Below are positions 37,220-49,647 of a DNA stretch of 64,000 nt, one piece after another. Within the stretch, counting starts at the first letter, position 1. Every line of letters begins with the position of its first letter. The notes under the pieces are model-generated. The model saw nothing but the letters and a program-made list of their open reading frames with translations. It was not told where the DNA came from and did not search any database. The stretch is from Torpedo marmorata. Taxonomy: Eukaryota. Position numbers and translations under genes: made by a program. The stretch is taken from NCBI GenBank assembly GCA_977017645.1, contig OZ360238.1:42470001-42534000 (forward strand), written 5' to 3'.

Positions 37220-37575
37220 TTGACTCAATGGGCAGCACACCGAATCAAAGAGTCACGGGTTCAATTCTCACACCAGAGACTTCAGACGGGATCCAGGTTG
37301 GAGGTGCTATTCTACACCGAAATCATTGCCCACAAAGGAGGATGTGAAGATACTTCTTTGCACCTTCTTTAAAGATCAGTAGACATTCCCTCAACCGACA
37401 TCAATGTAGAATAAAACCACAGATCATATACCCATTAGCTGTGGTATCTTGCTGTGCCCCACTTGGCTGCCCTGTTCCTGACATTACAGCAGTGAGTACA
37501 TCTTGGAGGCATCTCAATGGCTGTATTGCAACTTAGGACATCCTAATATTAAGGATGCCACGTAAATTGTATTTG
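37220..37575 (+). mobile_element. Old DeuSINE-like element
   Basis: tRNA-like head GGGTTCAATTCTC; Deu/tail motif ATCTTGCTGTGC...TTGGCTGCC...ACATTACAGCAGTGA. Confidence 0.6.
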
Positions 37576-38668
37576 TTTCCTTCTCTTCTTCCTATAGTAA
37601 GAACTTCCTGAGATTGTACTTTAGGTGCTTACTGTTCTCGAGTGCACGGCAACACAGGAGTAGATAGTGACCAACTAGCTTGTGACACAGATAAATGAAA
37701 CTGGTGCAGTACCGCTGTGTTCTGCAGTCCCCTTACCAGAAGCCAGCATTAATATAAATACATCGTATTAACACTTGTTCTCCTCTGTCAGGATATAAAT
37801 TAAGTCTGCAGGTGTTCAAAAAAGCTTACCCTTGGTACTAATTAAGCCATGATAATTAGGTTTGTTAATTTTATCCCTGTAAGCTTGTATCCCAGAAACA
37901 CAGATTGCCTGCATGGAAGGGCCTTTAAAGAATGCTCAAAGATTACTCAGTCGTTTATGCCCCATGCAGAGTCTCAGTCAAAAAATCTGTAATGGGATCT
38001 TCTAAAGGGAAATAATGAGCATCTTAAAATATAAGTCGGTAAGCAATGTATATGGGGAACTAAAAAAGAGGGTTCACGTCTGGTTGCAACAAGGCACAGT
38101 AACAATATGAAGCGAGGTGACAAAGAGGAAAGGCTGATTAATTACATCAAGGGTCGGGAGCTAGTGTGTCTCAGTCATAATGAAGCCCTTCCGTGTTGCC
38201 CATCACCACAGGAGGCTACAGTGTGAGTGAAGAATGGATTAAAGAGGGGGGAAAGTGTACGAAAGAGAGGGGTTATTGCATACTGCTGTGTCAGTTCGCC
38301 CATTGTAGAGTTGTTCATCATTCCATCCCTGGTGGCCATTGGCAAGGTCCAGGCTCAAGTTGTAAAGGGAGCAGGGAACCTGACACAGGCCTCCAAATTT
38401 CTCCAGAGCTTGCTGAGGCTGCAACCTATATGCCACCATTAACCATCAAACCTGGGTCCATGGGGGCCCTGATGACAATAAGGCTCAGTGTTATTTTCTT
38501 GACTGAATATGCCCACACCTTCAGCTTGCAAATATACATGCTGTTAACAGTGGGTGTTTTGTGATAAATATAAATTTAGGCTTAGCATTAAATGCAATGA
38601 ATAAATTGCATGTGCATTTATAGCATTTATTCATAGAACTATTCATGAGGTTTTATATAAACATAAAA

Positions 38669-38696
38669 TGTGTGTGTGTGTGTGTGTATATATATA
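38669..38696. repeat. (TG)n(TA)n microsatellite
   Basis: Direct reading. Confidence 0.9.
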
Positions 38697-39330
38697 CTTT
38701 CCATAGAACCACTGGATAGCATATACATAAAAATAAAAGTTCACTATTGATTATTACCAATTTTATTCTGAGAAATATTCTTAATTTGGACATGGATCTA
38801 TTGATGTAACATTAATTCTTTATTAAATTTTAAGCATTTTTCAAATACCTTACTATAAAGAATATTTCATGTGCAAATTATAACTTTTGTCTGCACTGAG
38901 GTGAAATAATCACTTCATAGCAGGCAAAGTCATTGATCACAGCCATAGAATAGATTGTATTAATTGTAAAACAGTAAATTGAAATAGCACTGGAAAAATG
39001 TGAGTTTCTGACATTTCTGGATATGTGCATCTGTGCGTGTCGGTCATTTATGTTGTCTCCATTTTCTCTTTCGCTCTGTATCTTGCATTATTTTAGTGAG
39101 ATGTCATAATATCCACCTGCCCCCCCCCACCCCCCACACACCAACACACACAATTTAATTTCCATTTCTCAGAAGAGAAGTATTAACTCCTTGCTGAACT
39201 ATGGTCCCACAAACATGGATCTTTTGCCCAAGTACCCATCAATCACATGATAATCTCTACAGCATATCACCCAAAGAAGTGAAGAGCCCAATTCTCTTCC
39301 TTCACAATTCTCTTCCTTGAGAACACAAAG

Positions 39331-40293
39331 GAGATTATTGTGGATGAAGGTCAACCATTCTCCACTGCACATCAATGGCTCCATCATGGAGAGTGGAGAG
39401 CACAAATTTCCTTGGTGTGCATGCAACGTATGACCTATCCTGGACCCACAACACCTCCTCATTAGTCAGGCGCAGCAGTGTCTACACCTCCTAAGGAGGT
39501 TGAGGAGGGCAAGTCTGCCAGCCCCCATCTTGACAACATTTTACAGGAGCACAATTGAGAGTGTCCTGTCTGGCTGCATCATTGTGTGGTGCGGTAGCTG
39601 CAAAGCATCGGACCAGAAGTCAATACAGAGGATCATTAAAACAGCTGAGAAGATCACTGGGGTCTCTCTATCCTCTATTGACGATATTCACTGGGAGTGT
39701 TGCTTGAATAAGGCTCAAAGAATTATTGAGGATCCCCACCATCCATCACACAGGATCTTTGACCTACTACCATCAGCAAGGAGGGACAGGAGCATCAAAA
39801 TGAGGACTGCCAGGCTGTGAAATAGCTTCTTCCTGCAGGCTGTGAGATTGATGAACAGTATCTTGTAACCTTGGGTATCTTATAAATGAAATGAGTAAAC
39901 TATACATATTTTTTAATATTATATCTTTATGTGATTATTATGTGCTGTGTACAGCACCAATAGCCTGAATACAACTGGGATTGTCTGATCTCGGAAGCTA
40001 AGCAGGCACAGGACTGGTCAGTACTTGGAGGGGAGACCGCCAAGGAACCACCAGGTGCTGTAGGTTTTTGTGAGGGGCGCTGGACAAAATAGCGACCCTC
40101 TGCCTTACGGTAGACAAAAATTAAAGAATTTCATGTATGTTACATTCTAAATGTAGTATTACGTGACAATAATGGAACCTTTACCTTTACCTTTACCTTA
40201 TGTGTGTATGTGTGCGCTCCATGATCCAGGGAAACACTGTTTCATCTGGTTGTATATGGACAGTGAGATGATAATAAACTTGATCTTGAACTT
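39331..40293 (+). mobile_element. Rex1/Babar LINE 3' fragment (contains the 5S-derived SINE)
   Basis: ILTTFYRSTIESVLSGCI..W..DPHHPSHRIFDLLPS; tail AATAAACTTGATCTTGAACTT. Confidence 0.82.
39945..40197 (+). mobile_element. 5S rRNA-derived SINE (SINE3-type)
   Basis: Full-length diverged 5S head at 39947-40067 (GTCTGATCTCGGAAGCTAAGCAGG, AGTACTTGGAGGGGAGACCGCC, CCAGGTGCTGTAGG), ~130-bp tail ending in (ACCTTT)n, 7-bp TSD TTATGTG (39938-39944 and 40198-40204). Confidence 0.85.
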
Positions 40294-40529
40294 CTATCCT
40301 AACATTCAGAGTTGTAGAAAGGAGAGAAAGGGGTTGTGGTCTGATTGGATTAAAATTTAGCATGAGAAATTTCTCCACTTAATCCTCTGTTACCCAATGA
40401 TATCGAAGCAGAGTGGAGAACTATTGTGAACATTTGGGATAAATTCAATTCCTGGGTTCTGATGAGTAAGTTAAACCTGACATCTTCCTTTGCATGAGTT
40501 ATGGTCCCACCAATTAAGTTGCTGAAACC

Positions 40530-40930
40530 TAATCCCTTTGTTCTCTTTCTTTCTGATTTTCTTTTTCTTTTTCCTTTCACTTCCAGTTTGCTTTATTATC
40601 TTTCCCTTCCTTTCATTTTTATCTTTTTCTCCTTCACTACCATACTTTCTCCTCCCTTCCTCCTTCCACAAAAACATATCCTTCTTTCCATTGTTTCTTG
40701 CTCCCATTCATCATTACTGTCTTCATTTTATTCTTCTCTCGTTCCTTCCATCCCCTTCTTCCTTCCAGGTTTCCTTTTTCATTTTAACCCTCCTCCCTTC
40801 CTTTCTGCCTTCCTTTTCTTTCCATCCCATACACCCATGCCTTCTTTTTCCTTCATGTTCTGTCCTTCCTTTCTTTCTTTCTTCTTCCTTCCTTATCTTT
40901 TTATCTCAGTATTTTTTTCCTCTTACTCTG
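40530..40930. repeat. Polypyrimidine low-complexity tract
   Basis: ~400 bp dominated by C/T on the + strand. Confidence 0.85.
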
Positions 40931-41194
40931 TTGTTAAGACTGTCACCCTTTCTAACGTTGTCTCCAAATGTACGTCATGTTTCTGTTATTGTAATTTGTA
41001 CTCTGCATGTCATCCCTGTACATTGCACACCGCCTGTCCTGCCCTCGGTTTTCATCAGCACAATCTATTTATTGAAACATATTTATGCCACTTTCATGTG
41101 GGCCAAAAGTGCATGAAGTTAATTTTACTACATTTGCGGTACAGTAATAACATCAAAGTGGCCAGTGAGGTGGGTTTGCATCATTTGAGTGTGC

Positions 41195-41387
41195 TAGTAG
41201 GTCAAAGATCCTGTGTGATGGATGGTAGGGATCCTCAATAATTCTTTGAGCCTTATTCAAGCAACACTCCCAGTGAATGCCCTCAATAGAGGATAGAGAG
41301 ACCACAGTGATCTTCTCAGCTGTTTTAATGATCCTCTGTATTGACTTTTGATCCAATGCTTTGCAGCTGCCGTTACACACAATGATG
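41195..41387 (-). mobile_element. Internal Rex1 fragment, inverted copy of 39577-39769
   Basis: 193 bp, about 12 mismatches by manual alignment, no indels. Confidence 0.88.
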
Positions 41388-43895
41388 GCTGGCTGTTAAG
41401 TTCAATCCCAAGTTTGCATTATTTTCTTCTAAATGTCTTGGGTACTTCACTGTTTGTTTCCCACCACTTTAATGTTGCCAGTGGTAAAGTGGGGACTAAG
41501 TTGTGTTCTTGGTCTGAAGGAGATGAAGAAAATCTGAGATCCTTTTGCTTGGGAGTAAATTAATTCCATACACTGCGCAGCAATATATCCAAATAGCTCA
41601 CACATCTGGAAGCATAATGGTCCTTATGGTACAATAAGGAGTGGCCAGTCTGTGCTTCAATAGTTATGGTGAGAATTGTAGAAAAAATACATTGACTGAC
41701 CATTTCTACTCATGGATGCTGCCTGATCTGCTGAGTTCCTCCAGCAGCTCGCTGTTTGCCCTTGCATCAGTAATCTGGCAGAGCCACCAGGATATAAAAT
41801 GTACAGCCATATCAGAGAAGAAAAGAGTAATGCTTGCAAGATAACTTGAATGTGGCAGATTTTTAACCTGTGAGTACCGTGTGGAATGGTGTATTTTGGG
41901 AATACCGTATATTAAAATACATTTTGCATAAAACTGTAATCACTCCACACTTTAAAGATAAAGTGAACTTTCCTGAGACTGCTACCTCGTTTTGTTTGGC
42001 AAAATGCTAAACGGACTGTGCAATAGCAAACATTTTTGAGGGTGAAGAGGAAAAATTTTGATGTGTATTTTTCTGTTGCTCTTGCAGTTTCCAATCTGTT
42101 GAGATAGCATAAGAGTAAAATCTGTATGTAATCCTCGATGAGACTTGCTCTCTTCTGCAATTATGAGCATTGTAATTACAAGAGAAGAGCTCTTGTAATA
42201 AGCTGCAACGTTTCTGTGACTACAAAGTGGTTCATGTTCTCTGTGTGTAGCACTGCCAGACTGATAACCCCTGTCCATTCCTGATAAAACTGTGCAAGAA
42301 CATGGACCAATATGAAATAAACACGCTCATATCCTTTGCAGTTGGGAAGTAATGAGGGAACAAATACAATTTTGTGCTAAGGAAGTTTTAATCAGTAATT
42401 CACATTAACTTAATTATAACTGATAGCCATTTTTTTCTCCCGGGATGAGAAATTGCAGCGTTTCTAAGTTCTTGATTGCCATTAAAAGGAACAAGTACTT
42501 TTCTTACAAAGTAAAGAACATTGTTTGTAAACCTTAAAAGCAGAAGGAATTGTGAGATGAGTTGCATGTTAATTAAGCAGGATTTAAAAATAATTGGCAA
42601 AGAAACAATCTGCTGGAAGTAATCAGCGGATCAAGCAGTATCAGTAGGGGGAAGGGAACTGTCGACGTTTGGAATCGAAACACTTCGTCACGACTCAAGC
42701 TCAAAATAATTATCTCTTTCCCACAGCAGCAACAACAAAAAAACCAACTTGCATTTATATAACATCTGAAATTTAGTGAAAAAAAACCAACTTCTGAGAA
42801 AATAAAAATTTGCCTCTGAACCACAAGATTAGTTCAAATGACAAAAAGCTTGGTCAAAATCATAGGTCTGAAGGGGTGACTTAAAGGAAGAGGAGGACAG
42901 AGGGGTAAAAAAAATAACCTGTGGAGGGACTTGGTGAGTCAAGCAGTATCTGTGATGGGGAGGAGGAAGGAATTGTCAACATTTTGCGTTGAGACCTTCC
43001 ATCAAGACAGTGGGGTAACAAGGGAATGTGCTGTGGAAAGTGAGAATTCAAAACTGAATTTTGCATTTGATAGATTGTGGAGTTGTTTCCAGTGGAATGT
43101 CTGCAGAGAGGACTCAGAATGCATTTTCTGCACAAAATATAATGGAAAATGTGCTGGGAAGCTGATCACACAACATTTCAAAAGAACAGTGTGCAGACAT
43201 TTATTAGAAAAATCCAGGTCTTTGTCTGGATGGGCTTCAGCTCCTTGTGGTTTTCCAGGGACTTGTGCAGTGCCATTGTTTCCAACAGCACAGCATTCCA
43301 AGAAGTGCTGAGGTTTAAATTGATTAATTTGGGAATAGAATGGCTTTCAAGCGTTCTCAATTTGGGAATGATGCTTGACACAATGAGAGAGAAATTGAAT
43401 AGTGACAGGAAGAATGTCTGATGATTGTAAAGTAAACAAAAAATGGAAAATTTGACAGTTTTACAAATTTTGAATGTTGGAGATGTTTATGATTTCTTTG
43501 TCTTAATTCTTTGATGAATTACTGCTGCCTTTATCGATTAATAAAAGCTAAGGGAAGAACAGCTTAATGTTTCAGCATCATGGTCTCCCATCACTCATTC
43601 GAAGGATACTTTAATTGAAATACATCAAATTCTCAAAAGGGTGTGAGTGACAGTATTGGCCATCAAGAAGCCTTGTGCTATTTCTTTGAGGTTATAATGC
43701 TTGATAATACTATTGTGGTTGAAGCTTCACATTGCCAAAGACCAATTAAACTAATCACGATGTAACTATAATTGGAAAACTGACGGGCAGTAAAGTAAAG
43801 GCATCATCTCAACATGGGAAATCACCAAGGCCTCCACCTTCTCACATTCACAAAACTTTCAGTAAGTAACTACCAATCAGTTGGTAATACCTGTA

Positions 43896-44111
43896 CAGTA
43901 AAAACCCCAGTATCCGGCGCCTATGGGGATTGGTAGATGCCGGATAAGTGAGTTTTCTGGTTGCTTGAGACTGCATGTTGTGTGGTAAACTAATCGATAG
44001 GGGTGCCAATTTTAAACTTTCATATTTTTTACCTATTTTTTTTCCGTGATTTTTTTGCCAGTTGCTTGAGGCTGCCGGTTGCTTGAATTCTGGACAACAG
44101 GGATTTTACTG
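43896..44111 (+). mobile_element. Tigger/pogo-type MITE, copy 3
   Basis: TA-CAGTAAAAACCCC...GGGATTTTACTG-TA. Confidence 0.88.
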
Positions 44112-45051
44112 TATTAATAAATTTAAGCAGCTTATAATCAATAGGACACATTTCTCACGCCATTATAATTCTTATTATCGCACAACTTTCACTTTTACTA
44201 TGTCTTGTCTTCAATAATCCATTGTTCCACCAGTTTGCTTCACACCTGTATCGTGTGTGTTGATAACTTCTGGATCTAGTTCCTCTGGTTGAAGTTCTTC
44301 CTTGCTGAGCCTTAGATGATTGTATAGAATGTTAATCTTTACTTGCTATATGGTCATGAGAGCTGCCTATTGTCATTTTCTCATGGGCTGTTCTTGATGC
44401 CCATCTCTTGTAAGTGAAAAAGAACAAGTATTCTTATTTATGCAGCTTTTGAAAATCAAGGTTTTACTGTTTTGAAACCAGCTGGTATTTTGTGCCTTTA
44501 TCTTCAATTTGATGTCAACTTGAGTGTGTATTGGCATGATTTTCATCCTAAGCACTTTGGAGAAATAGGGATCATGTCTTGTTTACATGGTCTCTAGAGG
44601 CACCAAGATTAATCTCATGTGTTGTTTCATCTCTTTGACATTCAGTGAAATAAATCTCATTGATTTATTTCATTCTGCATATTAATTATTTTTAAAATGC
44701 ATGATTTCGCCTGTAACATGGAAAGGTCATATGTGGTAAGATTTCTGTGCCAGTGCTAGTTCTGTCATGTGATGTTGAATCATTGTTGGATTTGTTTCAA
44801 CATTGGACCTAGAGATAGTTTGTTCATCAATAACTTCCACTACCAGTAAAAAAAAATGCGTAAATTATAACAGAAAATGGTGAAGATGCTCAGCAAATCA
44901 GACAGAATCTGTGCAGAGGGAAGCAAGACCTGAAACATTCACTCTCTCTCTCTAAAGCATTTGCCAAAGAACTCCACGAGAAGGGTCAAGTGAAGATGAT
45001 TGACTTTATTGTCAGTATGCATAATGCCCTCTGTGCCCCTGATTGTTAGTT

Positions 45052-45916
45052 AGAACCATAGAAGCATAGAACATTACAGCACAGAAACAGGCCCTTTGGC
45101 CCTTCTAGTCTGTGCCAAATTATTATTCTGCCTCGTCCCACTGACCTGCACCCAGTCCAGATCCCTCCATACCCCTCCCATCCATGTACATGTCCAATTT
45201 TTTCTTAAATATTAAAATTGAGCCGGCATTCACCACTTCAGCTTAACCTTTCACCATAACCCATGTCTTCTGGTTTGTATCTCACCTAACCATAGTGGAA
45301 AAAGCCTACTTGCATTTTTTTCTATCTATGCCCCTCATAATTTTGTAAACCTCTTTCAAATCTCCCCTCACTCTTCTACGCTCCAGGGAATAAAGTCCTA
45401 ACATGTTTCTTTTCTTTTTAAAATATTTTTATTGAGTTTCAACAAATAAACATGTATACAGAATAACACATTAAGAAAAACATTTGAAAATTCATCTGGT
45501 GTTTATACATGTATATATATATAAAAAAAACCAAATAAGTCGTCTTAACCAAGTTCTAAATATAAGTTAAAACTCTTATTACATGTAATTATTCTAAAAA
45601 AAACAATCCAAAATAAAATAAAAAGAAAAAAAAACAAGAACAAAAAAAAAGAAAAAACACTAAAAACTATTCTAATCTAACCCCTCCCTCTAAACGTGGT
45701 TACCTTTATATTGGGGAAAAAAAGTGGAAAAAATATGGATCCTATAGCGACCTCCAGGCATCGGACAAAGACTCCTCGGGATAATCAGCTTTATTAATTC
45801 TTCCAATCATGATAGTATTCAATGAATGGCCCCCAAGTCCTAGCATGTTTAACCTTTCCCAGTAACTCAGCCCCTCAAGTCCTGGCAACATCCTAGAAAA
45901 TCTTCTCTGCACTCTC
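45052..45916 (-). mobile_element. CR1 LINE 3' end interrupted by an L1 fragment
   Basis: Tail (TTCTATG)n; translation QRRFSRMLPGLEGLSYWERLNMLGL. Confidence 0.8.
45409..45834 (-). mobile_element. Short L1 3' fragment
   Basis: ORF2 end WGPFIEYYHDWKN*, polyA signal, 16-bp TSD AAGTCCTA(A/G)CATGTTT (45393-45408 and 45835-45850). Confidence 0.82.
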
Positions 45917-45917
45917 A

Positions 45918-46178
45918 TACCCCTTTTACACTGCCGTTGATAGATGGGAATTAACCGCCTTTTAACTGCTTCACTTACCTGTGTGAACGCAACGAACGTG
46001 GGATGGGGGGTTATTTTCATCTCGGTAATTACCCAGCAAGGTAGGTAGTATCAGAGCCGATGCGAAACACATCGGCTCCTGACCCGGCTTTTCTTGGTTC
46101 AGTGTGAACGACCCGACCTGGCTTTAAACATGGGTCGTTCACACGCCAATTAAGTGGGTTCTCTGTGTAAAAGGGGTA
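45918..46178. mobile_element. PIF/Harbinger-type MITE
   Basis: Perfect 14-bp TIR TACCCCTTTTACAC, 3-bp TSD TCA (45915-45917 and 46179-46181), internal GTGTGAACG motifs and hairpin. Confidence 0.85.
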
Positions 46179-48600
46179 TCATTGTGATAAACCCTTTTAA
46201 CATTTCTTAAGCAGTAAATACCGGTAATACAATTACAAAATCTGCATTTTTTTCTGCTGAGAATTGGAAGGTAGATCATTTAATGTGTATTAATTTAGTG
46301 ACAGTGATCGCTAAAGCGATCCTATCAATCCCTCAGCTATCATGTCAAAATCTGGAGAAAGCAGTGTTTGTGGAATGTAGAACAAACACAGAAAGCTGCT
46401 CTGTGGGTTCTGTAAATTTCACTTCTTATCTGAGCACCAGATTTCTTAAAGTCCCTGAAGAGGCAAAAGAAAAGAAGGAATTGAAAATAATCACTATGTC
46501 AAGATAAAAGGTATGAGACAAACAAATTAGACTAAAATCTAACAAGTCCCTTAGACCTGATGGTCTGTAACTTAAGGTCTTAAAATAAGTGGTTCTGGAG
46601 AAAGTAAAGGCATTGATCATGATCTTTCAAATTTTTGAACCCCAGTCGTTCGAGCTGTAACAGCGTTACGCTAACCGCTACGCTAACCGTGCAGCCCTGT
46701 TCACTAATCATGTCGCCCTTTGTTTCATGTATGAGAATACTTGGATCGCTTTGCATTCCATTTTGAGTTAAATGATATTCTGCTTTTCCATTCTGCTTAG
46801 CATAGTAGACGAGCTCTCATTTGCTACATTTACTTCACTTGACATTATGCACATTTAATCCATCTATATTCCTCTGCAGACTCCGTACATCATTCTGAAA
46901 ACTCTTTCTCATCTCTATCTGTATTGTCAGTCCCTTTGCCTGAGTAATTCATAAAGGCTCTGAAAGTTTAAGGGCCCAGCTCCTACTTCCTTGGAACATC
47001 ACTAGTTACAGCTTACCAACCTGACAATTCCCATTTAACCCCACTCTTTAATCATTGCTAATATTTACCTGCGTCATGACCTGTGCTCTGACCATTTTAT
47101 ATTGAATGCCTTTTAGAAACTCAAATCCACAACCTTAGGTGGTCCTCCTTTAGTCACCCTGTTTGGTAAACTGTCAAAGCACCTTGGTAAAATTATCAAA
47201 CAATATTTCTCTTTCATATAATCATGTTAGCTCTGTTTGATGATACTATAATTTCCTAAATATCCTGCTACTGTTTTGTTCAGAATGGATTCCAGCATTT
47301 TCCACAATACCAGATGTTAGGCTAACATTTTCTAACTACTGTGTCCTCCTTTTCGTGAATCACATTTATGGTTTTCCAATCTGCTGGGGACCTTCCTGAT
47401 TCCAGGAAATTCAATCCTTTGGAATTCTCTACCAAAGAGAGTAGAGGTGGAGTCATTACATATATTCAACAGAGAGACAAATCTTCAGTCTGCAAGGAAG
47501 TTGAAGATTATGGAGAATACACAGGAAAGTGAGGCTAGGATATGATAGACTATGATCTTGCTGAATGTTGGAGAAGGCTCGTGGCCATTTCTGCTCCTGT
47601 TTTCTTAAATTAGACTGAAAGTTATAACCTTGCCATGGGTTTTACTCACCTCTTAACTTTATCTGCAATGAATTTTTAAGAGATAAAAAAAACTCTCATC
47701 ATTGGTATTAGGGAAGAAATTCATGATCAATCGACCAAAGCTTTTGACAGCATGCCCTGATCTTATCATGCCTGTAAATGAGACTCATTTCTTTGTCACC
47801 AAGGTTGATGTGGATGTTGAGATGGTAACAATGCAACAGTCATTATTTTCCATTCAATACAGCACTCAGTGTTTGACATCCACATCAGCTTGTCTCATAC
47901 AAATCTAGTTCTTGCCACTTTTTATGGGTTGTTCATTTTATGTTGTTTGGTTTGCATTGCCTCCCTGAAAAGTCTCACTCATCTGCAGTGAAGCATGCTT
48001 CAGTACGGTAAATTGATTCAAACGACTTACAGCAACATAATTTTCCTGACCCATTAACTCCCACGTTTGTGCTATTGACTCGAGAGACCAGTGAAGGGAA
48101 GTTGATTTCAGCAAGTATCAGTTCAACCATATCTAACACCATGTTCCTCCCACGAGTACCAAGCATTGCTGATTTCACTGTTGATTGGTGGTTTACACGG
48201 GCGGGAACTGAAATAGAAGTGGTTTGAGGCCTAACTTCTTTAAGAGAAAACATCAAACTGACTAATTATTTAGTGTAGCTCATTCATGTGCCCGATCATG
48301 TCAAAATCTAACATACAAAGCCAGCAATTCCTGCATCCAGTACTTTTTGAGCCCATCATATATTACTTATAAAGTTCCAAGTGACTATCAGGTTTCTGAT
48401 TTTAATTCAACCAGAAATAAAATGATCATTCAGTCTTTTATTGACTTGTTCTGAGGATAAATTGAAGCACAGATGTTCATGTGCTAGCAAGTGGCCATTC
48501 TCACTGTGTCATTCCAGACTACATGTTTGACCAATCAGGTCATTATGGAGCGATAAATAAATAATCAAGACACTTCAGGATCGCTTGTGAAAAGGCATAA

Positions 48601-48846
48601 ATTTTAATTTTTAATATTTAAACATACAGCACAGTAACAGGCCATTTCGGCCCACGAGTCCGTACCGCCCAATTTACACCCCATTAACCTACACCCCCAG
48701 TACGTTTTGAACGGTGGGTGGAAACCGGAGCCCCTGGAGAAAACCCACGCAGACACGGGGAGAACGTACAAACTCCTTACAGACAGCGCGGGATTTGAAC
48801 CCCGGTCCGGTCCTGATCGCTGGCGCTGTAAAGGCGTTGCGCTAAC
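48601..48846 (-). mobile_element. tRNA-derived V-SINE
   Basis: Close reverse-complement homologue of 18931-19184; a head-only fragment also lies at ~46633-46697. Confidence 0.88.
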
Positions 48847-49154
48847 TGCTTGTTGTATTATCTCTTCCCTGAGTCAGGGGATCTTGACATCTATTTTTAA
48901 CAAATCAGTTAATTAAGCATAGTCCAGAGTCACATGTGAGACCAATTTTGAATGTACATCTCAGAGGAACACTGAGTGACTTGTTTTCCCACATTGGGAG
49001 GCTCTGACCAAATTGGTTCCTTTTTCATCAGACCTATCATATCCACCTTTCCGTCTTATTCCTTCCTTCAGTTCTGCCCTTTTCCAGAAGAACATCTCAT
49101 CTTTTTTTTTTCAAATACTTTACACTATTCTACTTTGAGTGATACAGTTATATC

Positions 49155-49647
49155 TTAAGCTTAAGTTTATTTGTCGCCAAATACCTAGTACAGGTAGTGA
49201 TTAAGGTTCTTCTGTGAGCAGACTAACAGGTTGTCTCTAACATTCAAACATCCAAGCATTGCAATGAAAAGAAAGATTAATTACCATCAAGCAAGGGCAG
49301 CATGATAGCATCTGGAGCCTGATGGATGCAGGCAAGAAACTATCTTTAAGCCTGTGTTTACTTTCACACTCTTTAGCCTTCTCCCCTGAGAGGAGACAGA
49401 AGAGAGTGTGTCTGGGGTGTGATGAATCTTTCAGTATGTTGTCTGCGTTTCCTAGGCAGTCAGAGGTATGGATGGAGTTCATGGAGGGACGGGAATGTTT
49501 TGCTATGTTCTGAGCTGCATTCACCACCTTCTGCAGCTCTAGTCCCACACTGTAATGCACCCAGCAAGTATGCATTCGACGGTGCACCTGTATAAGTTGT
49601 TAAATGACAAGGGGACTTTTCGAACCTCCTTCGTCTTCTCAGGAAGT
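49155..49647 (-). mobile_element. Old Rex1/Babar 3' fragment
   Basis: LQKVVNAAQNI..ILKDSSHPRHTLF..LKDSFLPASIRL. Confidence 0.7.

Noticed and set aside
39947-40067. Functional 5S rRNA gene
   Set aside because: Solitary, diverged in the 5' third, attached to a retroposon tail with a TSD, and inserted in a LINE 3'UTR.
40471-41241. Phe/Leu/Ser-rich 'membrane protein' ORFs
   Set aside because: Translation of a polypyrimidine low-complexity tract.
43060-43330. Possible enhancer (TEAD/Sox-like motifs in unique DNA)
   Set aside because: Short motifs occur by chance; the call cannot be supported without conservation or chromatin data.
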